Of a stretch of 64,000 nucleotides of DNA, positions 28,083-37,627 are shown in pieces (the stretch's first letter is position 1; the number at the start of each line of letters is the position of its first letter). A model generated the notes under the pieces. That model had not been told where the DNA came from, did not search any database, and saw nothing but the letters and a program-made list of their open reading frames with translations. The translations under genes were made by a program, and so were the position numbers. Origin of the DNA: Candidatus Woesebacteria bacterium GW2011_GWA1_44_23 (GTDB lineage Bacteria; Patescibacteriota; Microgenomatia; UBA8517); the NCBI GenBank assembly GCA_001001045.1, contig LCIL01000001.1, positions 442 to 64,441 on the forward strand, in the 5' to 3' direction.

Positions 28083-29522
28083 ATGGAACTTACTAAAAAA
28101 CTGGCATTGACAATTTTAGTTTTCTTTTCATTAACTTTTTCCTTGATAAGTTTAGGAAAGTGGGCGTTTAATGATGCGGACGAAGGCATTTATGCCGAAG
28201 TCTATTATGAAAGTGTCCAGAGAAATAACTTTTTAAATTTTACATATTTAAAAACTCCATGGGCTGAAAAGCCACCACTTTTATTTTGGTTGATGAGGGG
28301 GAGTGCCCTAGTTTTTGGAGAAAATGAATTTTCTCTCAGACTTCCATCTGCAATTTTGTCAGCAGCCTCGGTGGTACTGGTATTTTTGATTGTTCTTGTG
28401 GCGACCAATAACCTAGTTGCCTCGTTCCTGTCGGGATTAGTTCTTCTTACGACAGCTTATTTTTGGTTTACAGGGAGGCAGGTTAGGATGGATGTCCCGG
28501 TAACCGCATCGATACTTTTATGTTTTTACTCCTTTCTCAAAGCCAGAAAACATTCAAAATGGTTTTTGGTTTTTGGGTTTGGCTTGGCATGCGGAGTTTT
28601 ATTTAAAAGTGTAATAGGCTTGCTTATTTACCCGGTCATTTTGATTTATTCCTGGTTTTACAAAGACTGGTCTTGGTTAAAAAACAAATGGTTTTGGCTG
28701 GGGAATCTTCTTGCTTTGGTATTGACGGCGCCGTGGCATATTTATGAAAGCATAATTTACGGACAAAAATTCTGGCATTCATATTTGGTGCTCCATGTTG
28801 TAGACAGGGCATTGACTACTGTCACAAGCGGACCGGTGGCGCCGTTTTTTTATTATTTTAACCAAATTCTTATTACCAACCAGCCGTGGTTTTTATTGTT
28901 TTTAATTATTGGTATTTCTTTCCTGGTCTATTTATACAGAAGAGGCGTGAAAAATCGTAAATTTGAATTATTTTTAATGGTTTGCTCCTTTTTTATTCTA
29001 GTGTTATTTTATGTTCCCAAGACAAGACTTTTGTATTACTTCACTCCCATGCTTCCTTTTATGGCCATGTTTATTGGTAGTGTTACGACAAGGTTGATCG
29101 AAAGAAGAAAAAATTTAGTTATAGCCTGTTTTGCAGTTGTGGCGTCTGTGGGTTTAATAAACACTACGTTACGCATCTTTTCACAAAAAGACAGAGGGTT
29201 TTTTCTGGAAGATACAAAAAAGATAAGTAGAACAGTTGTCGCAGAAGATGAAAGAAAAGTTATCCAGATTGCCTCTGAAAAAAATCTGGATTTATATTTA
29301 TATAACTGGAATTTCTACGCCACGCTTAGTTATTATGCAACTATCCACAACGATGTAAAACTAAAAATATATAAGAATGATGTAAAGATGGATCCTCCCT
29401 GTTTGCTATTGATCCCCACCCCGCTTGTAGAAAAAATTCAAATCCAAACTGCGCATAAAATTTTATTTCGAGGTGAGGCGGCGACGTTAGTTGAGATTTT
29501 TTCTGCACAAAAGTTGTTTTAA
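28083..29522 (+). CDS. ArnT/PMT-like GT-C glycosyltransferase (paralog of 25756-27217)
   Basis: NDADEGIYAEV, KPPLLFWLMRGS, polytopic N-terminal half and a C-terminal soluble domain. 479 aa. Confidence 0.75.
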   Translation: MELTKKLALTILVFFSLTFSLISLGKWAFNDADEGIYAEVYYESVQRNNFLNFTYLKTPWAEKPPLLFWLMRGSALVFGENEFSLRLPSAILSAASVVLVFLIVLVATNNLVASFLSGLVLLTTAYFWFTGRQVRMDVPVTASILLCFYSFLKARKHSKWFLVFGFGLACGVLFKSVIGLLIYPVILIYSWFYKDWSWLKNKWFWLGNLLALVLTAPWHIYESIIYGQKFWHSYLVLHVVDRALTTVTSGPVAPFFYYFNQILITNQPWFLLFLIIGISFLVYLYRRGVKNRKFELFLMVCSFFILVLFYVPKTRLLYYFTPMLPFMAMFIGSVTTRLIERRKNLVIACFAVVASVGLINTTLRIFSQKDRGFFLEDTKKISRTVVAEDERKVIQIASEKNLDLYLYNWNFYATLSYYATIHNDVKLKIYKNDVKMDPPCLLLIPTPLVEKIQIQTAHKILFRGEAATLVEIFSAQKLF

Positions 29523-29540
29523 AGAATTGTTCTTCCGCTT

Positions 29541-29596
29541 GTGGTTGAGGTTTAACTCCAGTTCGATATACAATGGTTGGGCAGTGATTAAGAAGA
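29541..29596 (+). promoter_or_regulatory. Conserved promoter-plus-leader element, copy B (TTGAGG-16-TATACAAT, then GGTTGGGCnnTGATTAAGAAGA)
   Basis: Near-identical to 27243-27302. Lies between the GT-C stop (29522) and ftsK. Confidence 0.5.
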
Positions 29597-29646
29597 GAAA
29601 GAGGTTTACAAAGAGAGGTTTTAGGTTAAAACTCAAAAAGGAGTCG

Positions 29647-31701
29647 ATGTTCTCCATCTCCCAAATAGTTTTTTTTGCTATCGCGGGACTTATCCTCATT
29701 TCCTTCTCACGTCAGGGAATAGCCCTTCTTAAGTTTAACGACATTCTTCTTGAGTATTTCTCCTGGTCCAGTATTTTTTTGCCCTTTATCTTTTTATCGT
29801 TTGCATTTCTTCTTTCCAAAGTTAAATTTATCTTGGGGCAACCCAATGTCATTGTAGGGAGTCTGTTATTTTTCATTTCGATAATGGGTTTGGGCAGGGC
29901 AGGGACAATCGGGGTAGTCGTATGGGACTCGATCGGTGCTCTTGTTACACCTGTCGGAGCTGCAATAATTTTAGCCGGTGTCGGAATGGTGGGTCTCATT
30001 GTTCTTTTTAATACCTCGATAGATCAGGTTTATAAGCTGATTAAAGAGGGGATTCGTCAGGCGAACATTTATATTCACGGCAACGGAGGACAACTAAAAA
30101 TTGGAGGAAAATCATTATCTGGGGGGGCGATAAAGGTTTCCGGCGGGGGCATTTTCCGAAATCCCACAGCTTCAAAAACGACTACATCAGTTGGTTCTCC
30201 GACGCCCGCAGAATCACTGCCACAAGAACCTGTGATGAACAAGGATACCGCGGGGGTCAAAATTTGGAAGTACCCGAGTCTGGAAATACTAAGTGAGGTC
30301 GAAAGCGGCAAAGCAGACAGAGGAGATATTAAGGGCAACGCCGCTATTATAGAAAAAACCCTTGAGTCCTTTGGGATTACTGCGAGAGTGGTTGAAGTAA
30401 ACCTGGGGCCTGCCGTCACACAATACGCGCTTGAGGTGGCCCTCGGGACAAAGCTTTCGAAAATTACTTCGCTGGAGCGGGATTTAGCCCTTGCCCTTTC
30501 CGCGCCAACAGGCACCATAAGAATCGAGGCTCCGATCCCCGGCCGGAATCTGGTGGGAATTGAACTTCCCAACCGTTCCGCTGAGTTTGTCAGTTTGCGA
30601 AAGATGATGGAGTCGGAAGAAATGCTTGGTGCCAAGTCCAAGCTCGAAGTCTCTCTGGGACTTGATGTGTCCGGCAAACCCATTGTTGCCAATATCGCCA
30701 AAATGCCACACATTTTAATTGCGGGGCAGACCGGTTCCGGAAAATCTGTTTGCATTAATGCCTTTCTGGCGTCACTTCTTTTTAGGGCTTCTCCTACCGA
30801 GGTAAAGTTAATTTTGGTCGATCCAAAGAGGGTAGAGCTTACCCACTACAACGATATTCCCCATCTCCTTTCTCCCGTAATAGTAGATCCTGACAAAGTC
30901 CTTTCGGCCCTTCGCTGGATTATGTCGGAAATGGAGAATCGTTATAAGATATTTGCCCAGGCCGGTGCCAGGAATATTGATTCTTATAATGAAATGTCTG
31001 GTTTTCAGGCTCTTCCTTACATAGTTCTTTTTATTGACGAACTTGCAGATATTATGCTTTTTTCTCCGGTAGAAGTTGAGGATGCAATTACACGTATTGC
31101 CCAAATGAGCCGTGCAACCGGAATCCATATGGTTCTTGCGACACAAAGACCTTCGGTTGATGTCATTACAGGTCTCATTAAAGCCAATATCCCCAGTAGA
31201 ATTGCTTTTGCCGTTGCCTCCCAAGTTGACTCTAGAGTAATTCTTGACACCCAAGGGGCAGAAAAGCTTTTAGGTAAGGGAGATATGCTATACCTGCCTC
31301 CCGAGCAGGCAAAGCCGATTAGAATTCAGGGAGCGTTTGTCAATGACAAGGAAATAAGCACACTGGTGACATTTTTGAAGAATCAAGGGGTCACACCGCA
31401 GTATACAGATGAAGTTACTACAATGACAAAGGCGGGAGTGGTTTCGGTTCCCGGTGTCGACGGCGAAGTGGATGACCTATTTAAGGACGCCGTTAAATGT
31501 GTCTGTCAGTATGAAAGAGCCAGCGCATCACTTCTGCAAAGAAGACTCTCTATCGGTTACGCAAGAGCTGCCAGAATTGTTGATCAGCTTGAGGCGGCGG
31601 GGGTAATAAGCCCCAGCGACGGGAGCAGCAAGCCGCGAGAAGTTTTAGTTCAAAATGCCGAGGAATTCTTAGCTTCGTTTGGTCATTCGGGAGCGGAGTG
31701 A
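29647..31701 (+). CDS. ftsK: DNA translocase FtsK/SpoIIIE
   Basis: N-terminal TM segments and linker. Motor domain with Walker A ILIAGQTGSGKSV and VLATQRPSVDVITGLIKANIPSRIAFAVAS. C-terminal gamma winged helix. Start placed at MFSISQ (29647), preceded by AAAGGAG. Confidence 0.9.
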   Translation: MFSISQIVFFAIAGLILISFSRQGIALLKFNDILLEYFSWSSIFLPFIFLSFAFLLSKVKFILGQPNVIVGSLLFFISIMGLGRAGTIGVVVWDSIGALVTPVGAAIILAGVGMVGLIVLFNTSIDQVYKLIKEGIRQANIYIHGNGGQLKIGGKSLSGGAIKVSGGGIFRNPTASKTTTSVGSPTPAESLPQEPVMNKDTAGVKIWKYPSLEILSEVESGKADRGDIKGNAAIIEKTLESFGITARVVEVNLGPAVTQYALEVALGTKLSKITSLERDLALALSAPTGTIRIEAPIPGRNLVGIELPNRSAEFVSLRKMMESEEMLGAKSKLEVSLGLDVSGKPIVANIAKMPHILIAGQTGSGKSVCINAFLASLLFRASPTEVKLILVDPKRVELTHYNDIPHLLSPVIVDPDKVLSALRWIMSEMENRYKIFAQAGARNIDSYNEMSGFQALPYIVLFIDELADIMLFSPVEVEDAITRIAQMSRATGIHMVLATQRPSVDVITGLIKANIPSRIAFAVASQVDSRVILDTQGAEKLLGKGDMLYLPPEQAKPIRIQGAFVNDKEISTLVTFLKNQGVTPQYTDEVTTMTKAGVVSVPGVDGEVDDLFKDAVKCVCQYERASASLLQRRLSIGYARAARIVDQLEAAGVISPSDGSSKPREVLVQNAEEFLASFGHSGAE

Positions 31702-31716
31702 TAGAATCTTCTGATC

Positions 31717-32337
31717 ATGAATACAATTGGCCAAATCATTAAATCTGCACGCGTCAAAAAAAAATTATCATTCAAAAAACTTGAGGAGATAACAAAAATA
31801 AAGGCTTCCTTTATCAAGTCTATCGAAGAGGGGAAATGGAACTCCCTGCCCACGTTTACGACGGTGTTGGGTTTTGTAAAAAGTCTCTCCACAGCCCTTG
31901 CAATTGACCAAAATATGGCTGTCGCGGTATTGAAACGTGACTATCCCCCTAAAAAATTAAATATTAATCCCAAACCGGACGCGTCCCGGCGATTTTTTTG
32001 GAGTCCAAAACTTACTTTTGCCATTGGGACTTTCGCGGTTATCTTGGGCGTTTTGGGATATATCGGCTTCCAGTATGCAAAGTTTATTTCACCGCCGGAC
32101 CTTGCAGTTGAAAGTCCCAAGGAGAACCAGATTGTTGAAGGGAACTCGGTACTGGTTTTTGGATCAACCGACCCCGATGTAAAAATAACAGTGAACAATC
32201 AGCCTGTATTGGTCAACGATGACGGAAAATTCTCGGTGGAGCTGGGAGTTACCCGCGAAACGACCGAAATAGCCATTATTGCATCAAGCAGGTCCGGAAA
32301 AGAGCGGACAATTTCCCGTAAAATTACGGTACAATAG
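31717..32337 (+). CDS. RodZ-like protein (XRE-type HTH, TM, extracellular domain)
   Basis: N-terminal HTH (IGQIIKSARVKKKLSFKKLEEITKIKASFIKSIEEG), a single TM and a C-terminal beta-rich domain. Confidence 0.6.
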   Translation: MNTIGQIIKSARVKKKLSFKKLEEITKIKASFIKSIEEGKWNSLPTFTTVLGFVKSLSTALAIDQNMAVAVLKRDYPPKKLNINPKPDASRRFFWSPKLTFAIGTFAVILGVLGYIGFQYAKFISPPDLAVESPKENQIVEGNSVLVFGSTDPDVKITVNNQPVLVNDDGKFSVELGVTRETTEIAIIASSRSGKERTISRKITVQ

Positions 32338-32342
32338 TTCAT

Positions 32343-32579
32343 ATGGATTCTGTTCAAACACTTTTGGTAATCGTAGTAATAAGCCTGACCGTGCTTCTTG
32401 TGGTTGTTGGTGTTCAGGTGATGCTTATCATAATTGATCTTAGACGCGCGATAAAAAGACTAAATAGCATTCTGGAAGATGCAATTCTTGGGGGAGGACT
32501 GATACGCCCCGAAAAACTGAGCTCTGTTCTGGAGCTTCTTCACAAAAACAAAAAACTCGAAACACACGGGGGAAGCTAA
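32343..32579 (+). CDS. small single-TM protein, hypothetical
   Basis: 78 aa with a hydrophobic N-terminus. No homology recognised. Confidence 0.3.
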   Translation: MDSVQTLLVIVVISLTVLLVVVGVQVMLIIIDLRRAIKRLNSILEDAILGGGLIRPEKLSSVLELLHKNKKLETHGGS

Positions 32580-32894
32580 GGTAGGCTACCGAACTCGGTT
32601 GCCCCTCTGCGGCTGGGGATCTGGCATTAGATGTTTTAGCTTTTTAATATTCGTTTCAATATCATTACTCAGCTTTTGAATCTCCGCGGGGTTAACGGCT
32701 GTCCTTTTGCGCATCACTTGGGACGCGATCAAACCTAGGTATTGTGACGATTTCATGTACCTATTCAGCTATTGAATTTCTTCTAAAGACATCTTTACCA
32801 AAAAACTTCCCCCGCCGACAGATATTCTTTCCATTGGCTAAACGATATATTTATTTCCTGGATAAGTCAGCGGTTTATAGCGTATAATTTAGCC

Positions 32895-34703
32895 ATGAGT
32901 TCTGATGAGATTAGACAAAAATACCTGGACTTTTTTAAGAAACGTAAACATGTTGAAATTTCTGCCTCCCCGCTTGTAATAGATTCTGATCCAACCACTC
33001 TTTTTACGTCAAGCGGGATGCAACAACTTGCCCCATATTTGAAGGGAGAGGCGCATCCGGACGGAAAAAGGCTGGTTGATATACAACCGTCTATCCGCAT
33101 GCAGGACCTGGATGAGGTTGCAGACAACAGACACTTCAGTTTTTTCGAAATGCTGGGGAATTGGTCCTTGGGAGATTATTTTAAAAAGGAACAGTTAAGT
33201 TGGGTTTGGGAATTTTTTACCAAGGAGCTGGAACTTGATCCTGCAAGGCTCCATGTCTCCGTGTTCGAAGGAAACAGTGAGGTTCCGAAAGATAAGGAAT
33301 CATTTGAAATATGGAAGTCGATTGGTTTACCTGAAAGTCATATACATTTTTACGGAACTGATAAAAACTGGTGGAGCCGTGCGGGCACTCCGGAAAAAAT
33401 GCCTGTAGGAGAAATTGGGGGACCCGACAGCGAGCTATTTTTTGAATTTGAGAAGGTTGCGCACGATCCCAAATATGGTAAATTTTGTCACCCCAATTGC
33501 CAGTGCGGTAAGTTTCTTGAAATCGGTAACTCTGTTTTTATGCAATATCAGAAAAAAGAAGATGGAAACCTGGTTGAGTTGCCTCAAAGAAACGTGGATT
33601 TCGGGGGCGGCCTTGAAAGGATGGCAGCAGCGGTTGCCGGTGACCCCGACACCTTCCGTATTGATCTTTTTTTCGGTGTCATTAAGAAAATTGAGAGTGA
33701 GGTCGGATTCGGGTACAACTCAGATTTGGATAAGGACAAAAGCTTCAGAATTATTGCGGATCATCTTAGAACCTCGGTTAATTTGCTAAGTGAGGGCGTG
33801 GTAGCCGGCAACAAACTCCATGGCTATGCCCTTAGAAGATTAATTCGAAGAGCCATGTTTCACTTCCATCTTTTGGGCAGCGGGATTTCGGGTGGAGCTC
33901 TTGCGCACATTGCTGAAGAATTACGGAAATTTTATCCTAACGTAGATAAGAATTGGGAATTTATCGAAGAGAACTTATCCGCTGAAGGAACGAGGTTTGA
34001 GCTTGCCCTAAAGCGGGGTTTAGCACGTTTGACCTCAGCCGTCGGAAGGGGTGAGGAAATTAACGGGCAATTTGCATTTGACCTTTATCAAACGGAAGGA
34101 TTTCCATTGGAACTAACCATTGAAATTTTAAAGCAAAATGGAATATTGTTTACTCCGGAGGAAAGAAACGCTTTTGAAGGCGAATTTGAAAAACACAAAG
34201 ACCTAAGTAGAAGCAGCTCTTCCGGAATGTTTAAAGGAGGGCTTGCCGAGGCGTCGGAAATTACCACCAAACTGCATACGACAACACATTTGCTTCACGC
34301 GGGGCTTCGGCAAGTGTTGGGTGAGCATATTGGACAAAAGGGCAGCCACATAACTTCCGAAAGACTTCGTTTTGATTTTTCCCATCCACAAAAACTTTCT
34401 GACGATGAAATTAAAAAAGTAGAAGATTTAATAAATCTAAAAATCAGAGAAAACCTGCCCGTTAGCTCGATTGAGATGACTTTACCCGAGGCGGTGGGAG
34501 TCGGAGCCCTGCACTTTTTTGCGGAAAAGTATGGAGAAAAAGTAAAAGTCTACACAATCGGGGACCCGGAAGGAATCTGGTTTTCAAAAGAGGTTTGCGG
34601 CGGTCCGCACGTTACCCACACCGGGGCTATCGGTAGTGTTAAAATAATTAAACAGGAAAAAATAGGAGCGGGTGTAGTAAGAATATATGCCGCGTTAGGG
34701 TAA
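32895..34703 (+). CDS. alaS: Alanyl-tRNA synthetase, short form (catalytic plus editing domains, no C-Ala domain)
   Basis: Class II core (FTSSGMQQLAPYL, FFEMLGNWSLGDYFK). Editing domain HxxxH...CGGPHV motifs. 602 aa. Confidence 0.9.
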   Translation: MSSDEIRQKYLDFFKKRKHVEISASPLVIDSDPTTLFTSSGMQQLAPYLKGEAHPDGKRLVDIQPSIRMQDLDEVADNRHFSFFEMLGNWSLGDYFKKEQLSWVWEFFTKELELDPARLHVSVFEGNSEVPKDKESFEIWKSIGLPESHIHFYGTDKNWWSRAGTPEKMPVGEIGGPDSELFFEFEKVAHDPKYGKFCHPNCQCGKFLEIGNSVFMQYQKKEDGNLVELPQRNVDFGGGLERMAAAVAGDPDTFRIDLFFGVIKKIESEVGFGYNSDLDKDKSFRIIADHLRTSVNLLSEGVVAGNKLHGYALRRLIRRAMFHFHLLGSGISGGALAHIAEELRKFYPNVDKNWEFIEENLSAEGTRFELALKRGLARLTSAVGRGEEINGQFAFDLYQTEGFPLELTIEILKQNGILFTPEERNAFEGEFEKHKDLSRSSSSGMFKGGLAEASEITTKLHTTTHLLHAGLRQVLGEHIGQKGSHITSERLRFDFSHPQKLSDDEIKKVEDLINLKIRENLPVSSIEMTLPEAVGVGALHFFAEKYGEKVKVYTIGDPEGIWFSKEVCGGPHVTHTGAIGSVKIIKQEKIGAGVVRIYAALG

Positions 34704-34704
34704 A

Positions 34705-36903
34705 TTGCAGCACCTAACCCCAAATATGAATTTAAAAGATTTTTTGACAACTAGGGAACATCCACCTGAACTCTATTGGTCGCTCGTTATAGAGGAGGGA
34801 TGGATTCAGGCGGGAGTGTGGTATATAGGCGAAAACGCGGCGGAAGTTGTGAGCATTAGCCCGGGGGCTGCGTGGAGTGAGGAGGACGAACTTACTGGAG
34901 CGGTTGATGCGGCTCTTTCCAGCGCAATCCAAAAACTTCCGGAAAATTATAAAGAACCTAACAAAGCCGTTTTTGGTGTCTCTTCCTCTTGGGTCAAGAA
35001 TGGAGAAATCACCGAGGAGTATTTGGATAAGATAAAAAAACTTTGCACGGAACTTTCCTTAAACCCGGTTGGTTTCGTGGTTCTGCCTGAGGCAATTGCC
35101 CATTTATGTAAATCGGAAGAAGGATCACCTCTGAATGCAATAATTCTTGGTTTGGGATCGGGGAAAATAGAAATTTCGGTGTTTAAGCTGGGCAATCTTG
35201 TTGGGACAACGGAGGTATCAAGAAGTGTTTCACTTGTTGAAGACGTTACGGAGGGTCTCTCGAGATTCGAGGGTGCAAACCCTCTTCCGTCGCGCTTCAT
35301 TGTTTACGACGGAAAAGAGGGCGAACTTGAGGAGGCCAAAGAAACCTTAATGCAGGCTTCTTGGGAAGGAGCCGAAAAGATTAAATTTCTACACACCCCA
35401 AAGGCCGAAGCACTAAGCCCCGACAGAAAAGTTTTGGCTACATGTCTTGCGGGGGCGGCCGAAATCGGGCACGTCTCCCGGGTTGATTCCAGGGACGTCC
35501 AATTTTCGGAGGAAGCAGAAGTAAAGGAAGAGAATGAGGCAAAGGCTGCTCCGGTTGAGGAGGTTACCGCAGAAAATTTGGGTTTTGCAATAGGATCGGA
35601 CATTGCCGTGAACGCAAATGAAATCGAAAATGTTGTCCCTCCGCAGTCTGCTGAGCCGGCAGTCTTCAAAAAAACAAATTTTAGTCCCGGAAGTAAGCTC
35701 TCCGAATATCTGCAAAAAACCAAAAATCTTTTTCACTCCTTTTCTTTAAAAACAAACGGAGCCCCGCGTGTTAAAAACAAAACCTTAATCGGCATTTTGG
35801 TTGTAGTACTTTTGACGATTGTTGGTGGTGTAGTCTACTGGTGGTTTTTCCCAAAAGCGGATGTTGCTGTTTTTGTTACCCCTAAAAGATTTGAGCAGCA
35901 AGCCCAATTATCTTTCAATCCGTCCGGCATATCGGATGCTGAAAGTGGTGTTATTCCAGCCCAGGTGATCACCGATACAGTTACCGGAGACAAAACCAAG
36001 TCTACCACAGGGACAAAGTTGATTGGGAATAAAGCCGTGGGAAGCGTTCAAGTAGCAAACGGTAACGGAACCGCAATAAATTTGGCTGCAGGAACTCTTC
36101 TTACTTCCTCCACAGGTCTTAAATTTGTTACAAATTCACAAGCTTCGGTTTCGGGACAAATTCTACCGGGTTCCCCAGGGACAGCGAATGTGGATGTCAC
36201 AGCTTTTGATATCGGGGCACAATATAACCTTGCCAAGGACGAGGTTTTCAGTATCGGAAACTATTCAAAAGCGATGGTTGCAGGGAGATCCCTCTCCGAC
36301 TTTTCTGGTGGAAGCAGTCAGGAAATTTCGGCGGTAGATGCTGACGACCAGGCAAATTTGGAAACGGATCTCCAAGGGGAGCTGGTTCAAAATGCAATAA
36401 ACAATATTTCGGCAAAAGTTACCAGTGATCAGGTTTTTGTGAACGATTTGGCGGGGCTCGATACGGTAAGTAAGGACTTTGACCATAAAATAGGAGATCA
36501 GGCGGATAGTATTAAACTTTCATTGAACTTAAATGCAACAGGGATCGCTGCCGACAAAGTTAAATTAATTGAATACGCAAAAGGTGTTTTAAAAGACAAA
36601 GTTCCTTCGGGATACGTACTGGATAGCGACCAGATAGATTTTAAATTTAAATTCTCCGCCGCAAGCGGCGGGAATTATTTGTATGATGTGACAATAGGGG
36701 CTAATTTCCTGCCCGAGATGGATAAAACAAAAATTATCACCCAAATTTCCGGTAAGACGATTGCTAGAACCCAAAATTATTTAAATTCCATCCCAGGATT
36801 CGGACATGCAGAAATTACTTTAAAACCAAAACTGCCAGGGCCGCTTGGTACTCTTCCGAGAATATCTAAAAATATCACACTTACCGTAAGCGCCGAGCAG
36901 TAG
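34705..36903 (+). CDS. Membrane protein with degenerate FtsA/PilM-like actin fold, TM, and large extracellular domain
   Basis: aa 1-350 resemble FtsA/PilM (NAIILGLGSGKIEISVFKLGNLVGTTEV aligns to the second phosphate loop). The canonical DxGT loop is replaced by LVIEEGW. TM at about aa 365 (LIGILVVVLLTIVGGVVYWWFF). About 350 aa of Gly/Ser/Thr-rich extracellular sequence follows. Confidence 0.45.
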   Translation: MQHLTPNMNLKDFLTTREHPPELYWSLVIEEGWIQAGVWYIGENAAEVVSISPGAAWSEEDELTGAVDAALSSAIQKLPENYKEPNKAVFGVSSSWVKNGEITEEYLDKIKKLCTELSLNPVGFVVLPEAIAHLCKSEEGSPLNAIILGLGSGKIEISVFKLGNLVGTTEVSRSVSLVEDVTEGLSRFEGANPLPSRFIVYDGKEGELEEAKETLMQASWEGAEKIKFLHTPKAEALSPDRKVLATCLAGAAEIGHVSRVDSRDVQFSEEAEVKEENEAKAAPVEEVTAENLGFAIGSDIAVNANEIENVVPPQSAEPAVFKKTNFSPGSKLSEYLQKTKNLFHSFSLKTNGAPRVKNKTLIGILVVVLLTIVGGVVYWWFFPKADVAVFVTPKRFEQQAQLSFNPSGISDAESGVIPAQVITDTVTGDKTKSTTGTKLIGNKAVGSVQVANGNGTAINLAAGTLLTSSTGLKFVTNSQASVSGQILPGSPGTANVDVTAFDIGAQYNLAKDEVFSIGNYSKAMVAGRSLSDFSGGSSQEISAVDADDQANLETDLQGELVQNAINNISAKVTSDQVFVNDLAGLDTVSKDFDHKIGDQADSIKLSLNLNATGIAADKVKLIEYAKGVLKDKVPSGYVLDSDQIDFKFKFSAASGGNYLYDVTIGANFLPEMDKTKIITQISGKTIARTQNYLNSIPGFGHAEITLKPKLPGPLGTLPRISKNITLTVSAEQ

Positions 36904-36916
36904 TACAATAATCTTC

Positions 36917-37627
36917 ATGACCCAGAAGACAGTTTTACGTATTGCGGCTGTAGTCTCCGGAATTTCAGGAATAATCATTCTTATGGGGGTAATTTATCCG
37001 ATTATCTCTTACGACACAAACTACGCCTCGAAATACAGTAACTCCGGAAATTACACAAAACTTATTTCCCCCGTAGCCGGTACGACAGAAAAAACTCAAG
37101 GAGTAGTAACAACTACCGAAACAGTGGGAAGTAAGGTGGATTATACCCAGGCAAGCAATTGGTTTCAGGGTGGAGCCACAAAGGAAGATTTTAGTACTTC
37201 AAAAGTCGATTTTTACACGGTCACCATCCCCAAACTTAAAATTAATTCTGGGACTGTGGCAATAGGTGGCGAGGATTTAAGTAAAAGTCTAATTCAATAT
37301 CCGGGGACAGCTCTTCCTGGAAAACGTGGCAACTCGGTTATTTTTGGGCACTCGATTTTACCGATCTTTTATGATCCGAAGAATTACATTTCCATCTTTT
37401 CACTTCTCCCGACTCTTAAAAAAGGAGACATGATATATGTCAGTTATGACGGAGTCTCTTATACTTATCAGGTTGAAACCATGTTTGAAGTACTACCGAC
37501 GGATATCCAGGTACTTGATCAGGATTCAACAGACTCCTTTTTGACACTCGTCACATGTGTTCCGCCGGGAGATCCGGCAAAACCAAAAAGGCTGGTCGTG
37601 CGCGCGAGAGTAGTTCCACCACAATAA
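36917..37627 (+). CDS. Sortase (transpeptidase)
   Basis: N-terminal TM. Catalytic His (NSVIFGHSILP). TLVTC catalytic Cys motif. Conserved Arg (RLVVRARVV). Confidence 0.75.
   Translation: MTQKTVLRIAAVVSGISGIIILMGVIYPIISYDTNYASKYSNSGNYTKLISPVAGTTEKTQGVVTTTETVGSKVDYTQASNWFQGGATKEDFSTSKVDFYTVTIPKLKINSGTVAIGGEDLSKSLIQYPGTALPGKRGNSVIFGHSILPIFYDPKNYISIFSLLPTLKKGDMIYVSYDGVSYTYQVETMFEVLPTDIQVLDQDSTDSFLTLVTCVPPGDPAKPKRLVVRARVVPPQ

Noticed and set aside
32580-32894. A 315-nt intergenic region upstream of alaS examined for a T-box leader, tRNA or small RNA; also a 55-aa minus-strand ORF (32586-32753)
   Set aside because: No T-box specifier or antiterminator consensus (AGGGUGGNACCGCG), no tRNA T-arm (GGTTCGAATCC-like) or anticodon-stem pattern, and only a weak hairpin (CCCC-N9-GGGG) with no U-tract. 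The small ORF has no supporting signal. Left unannotated.
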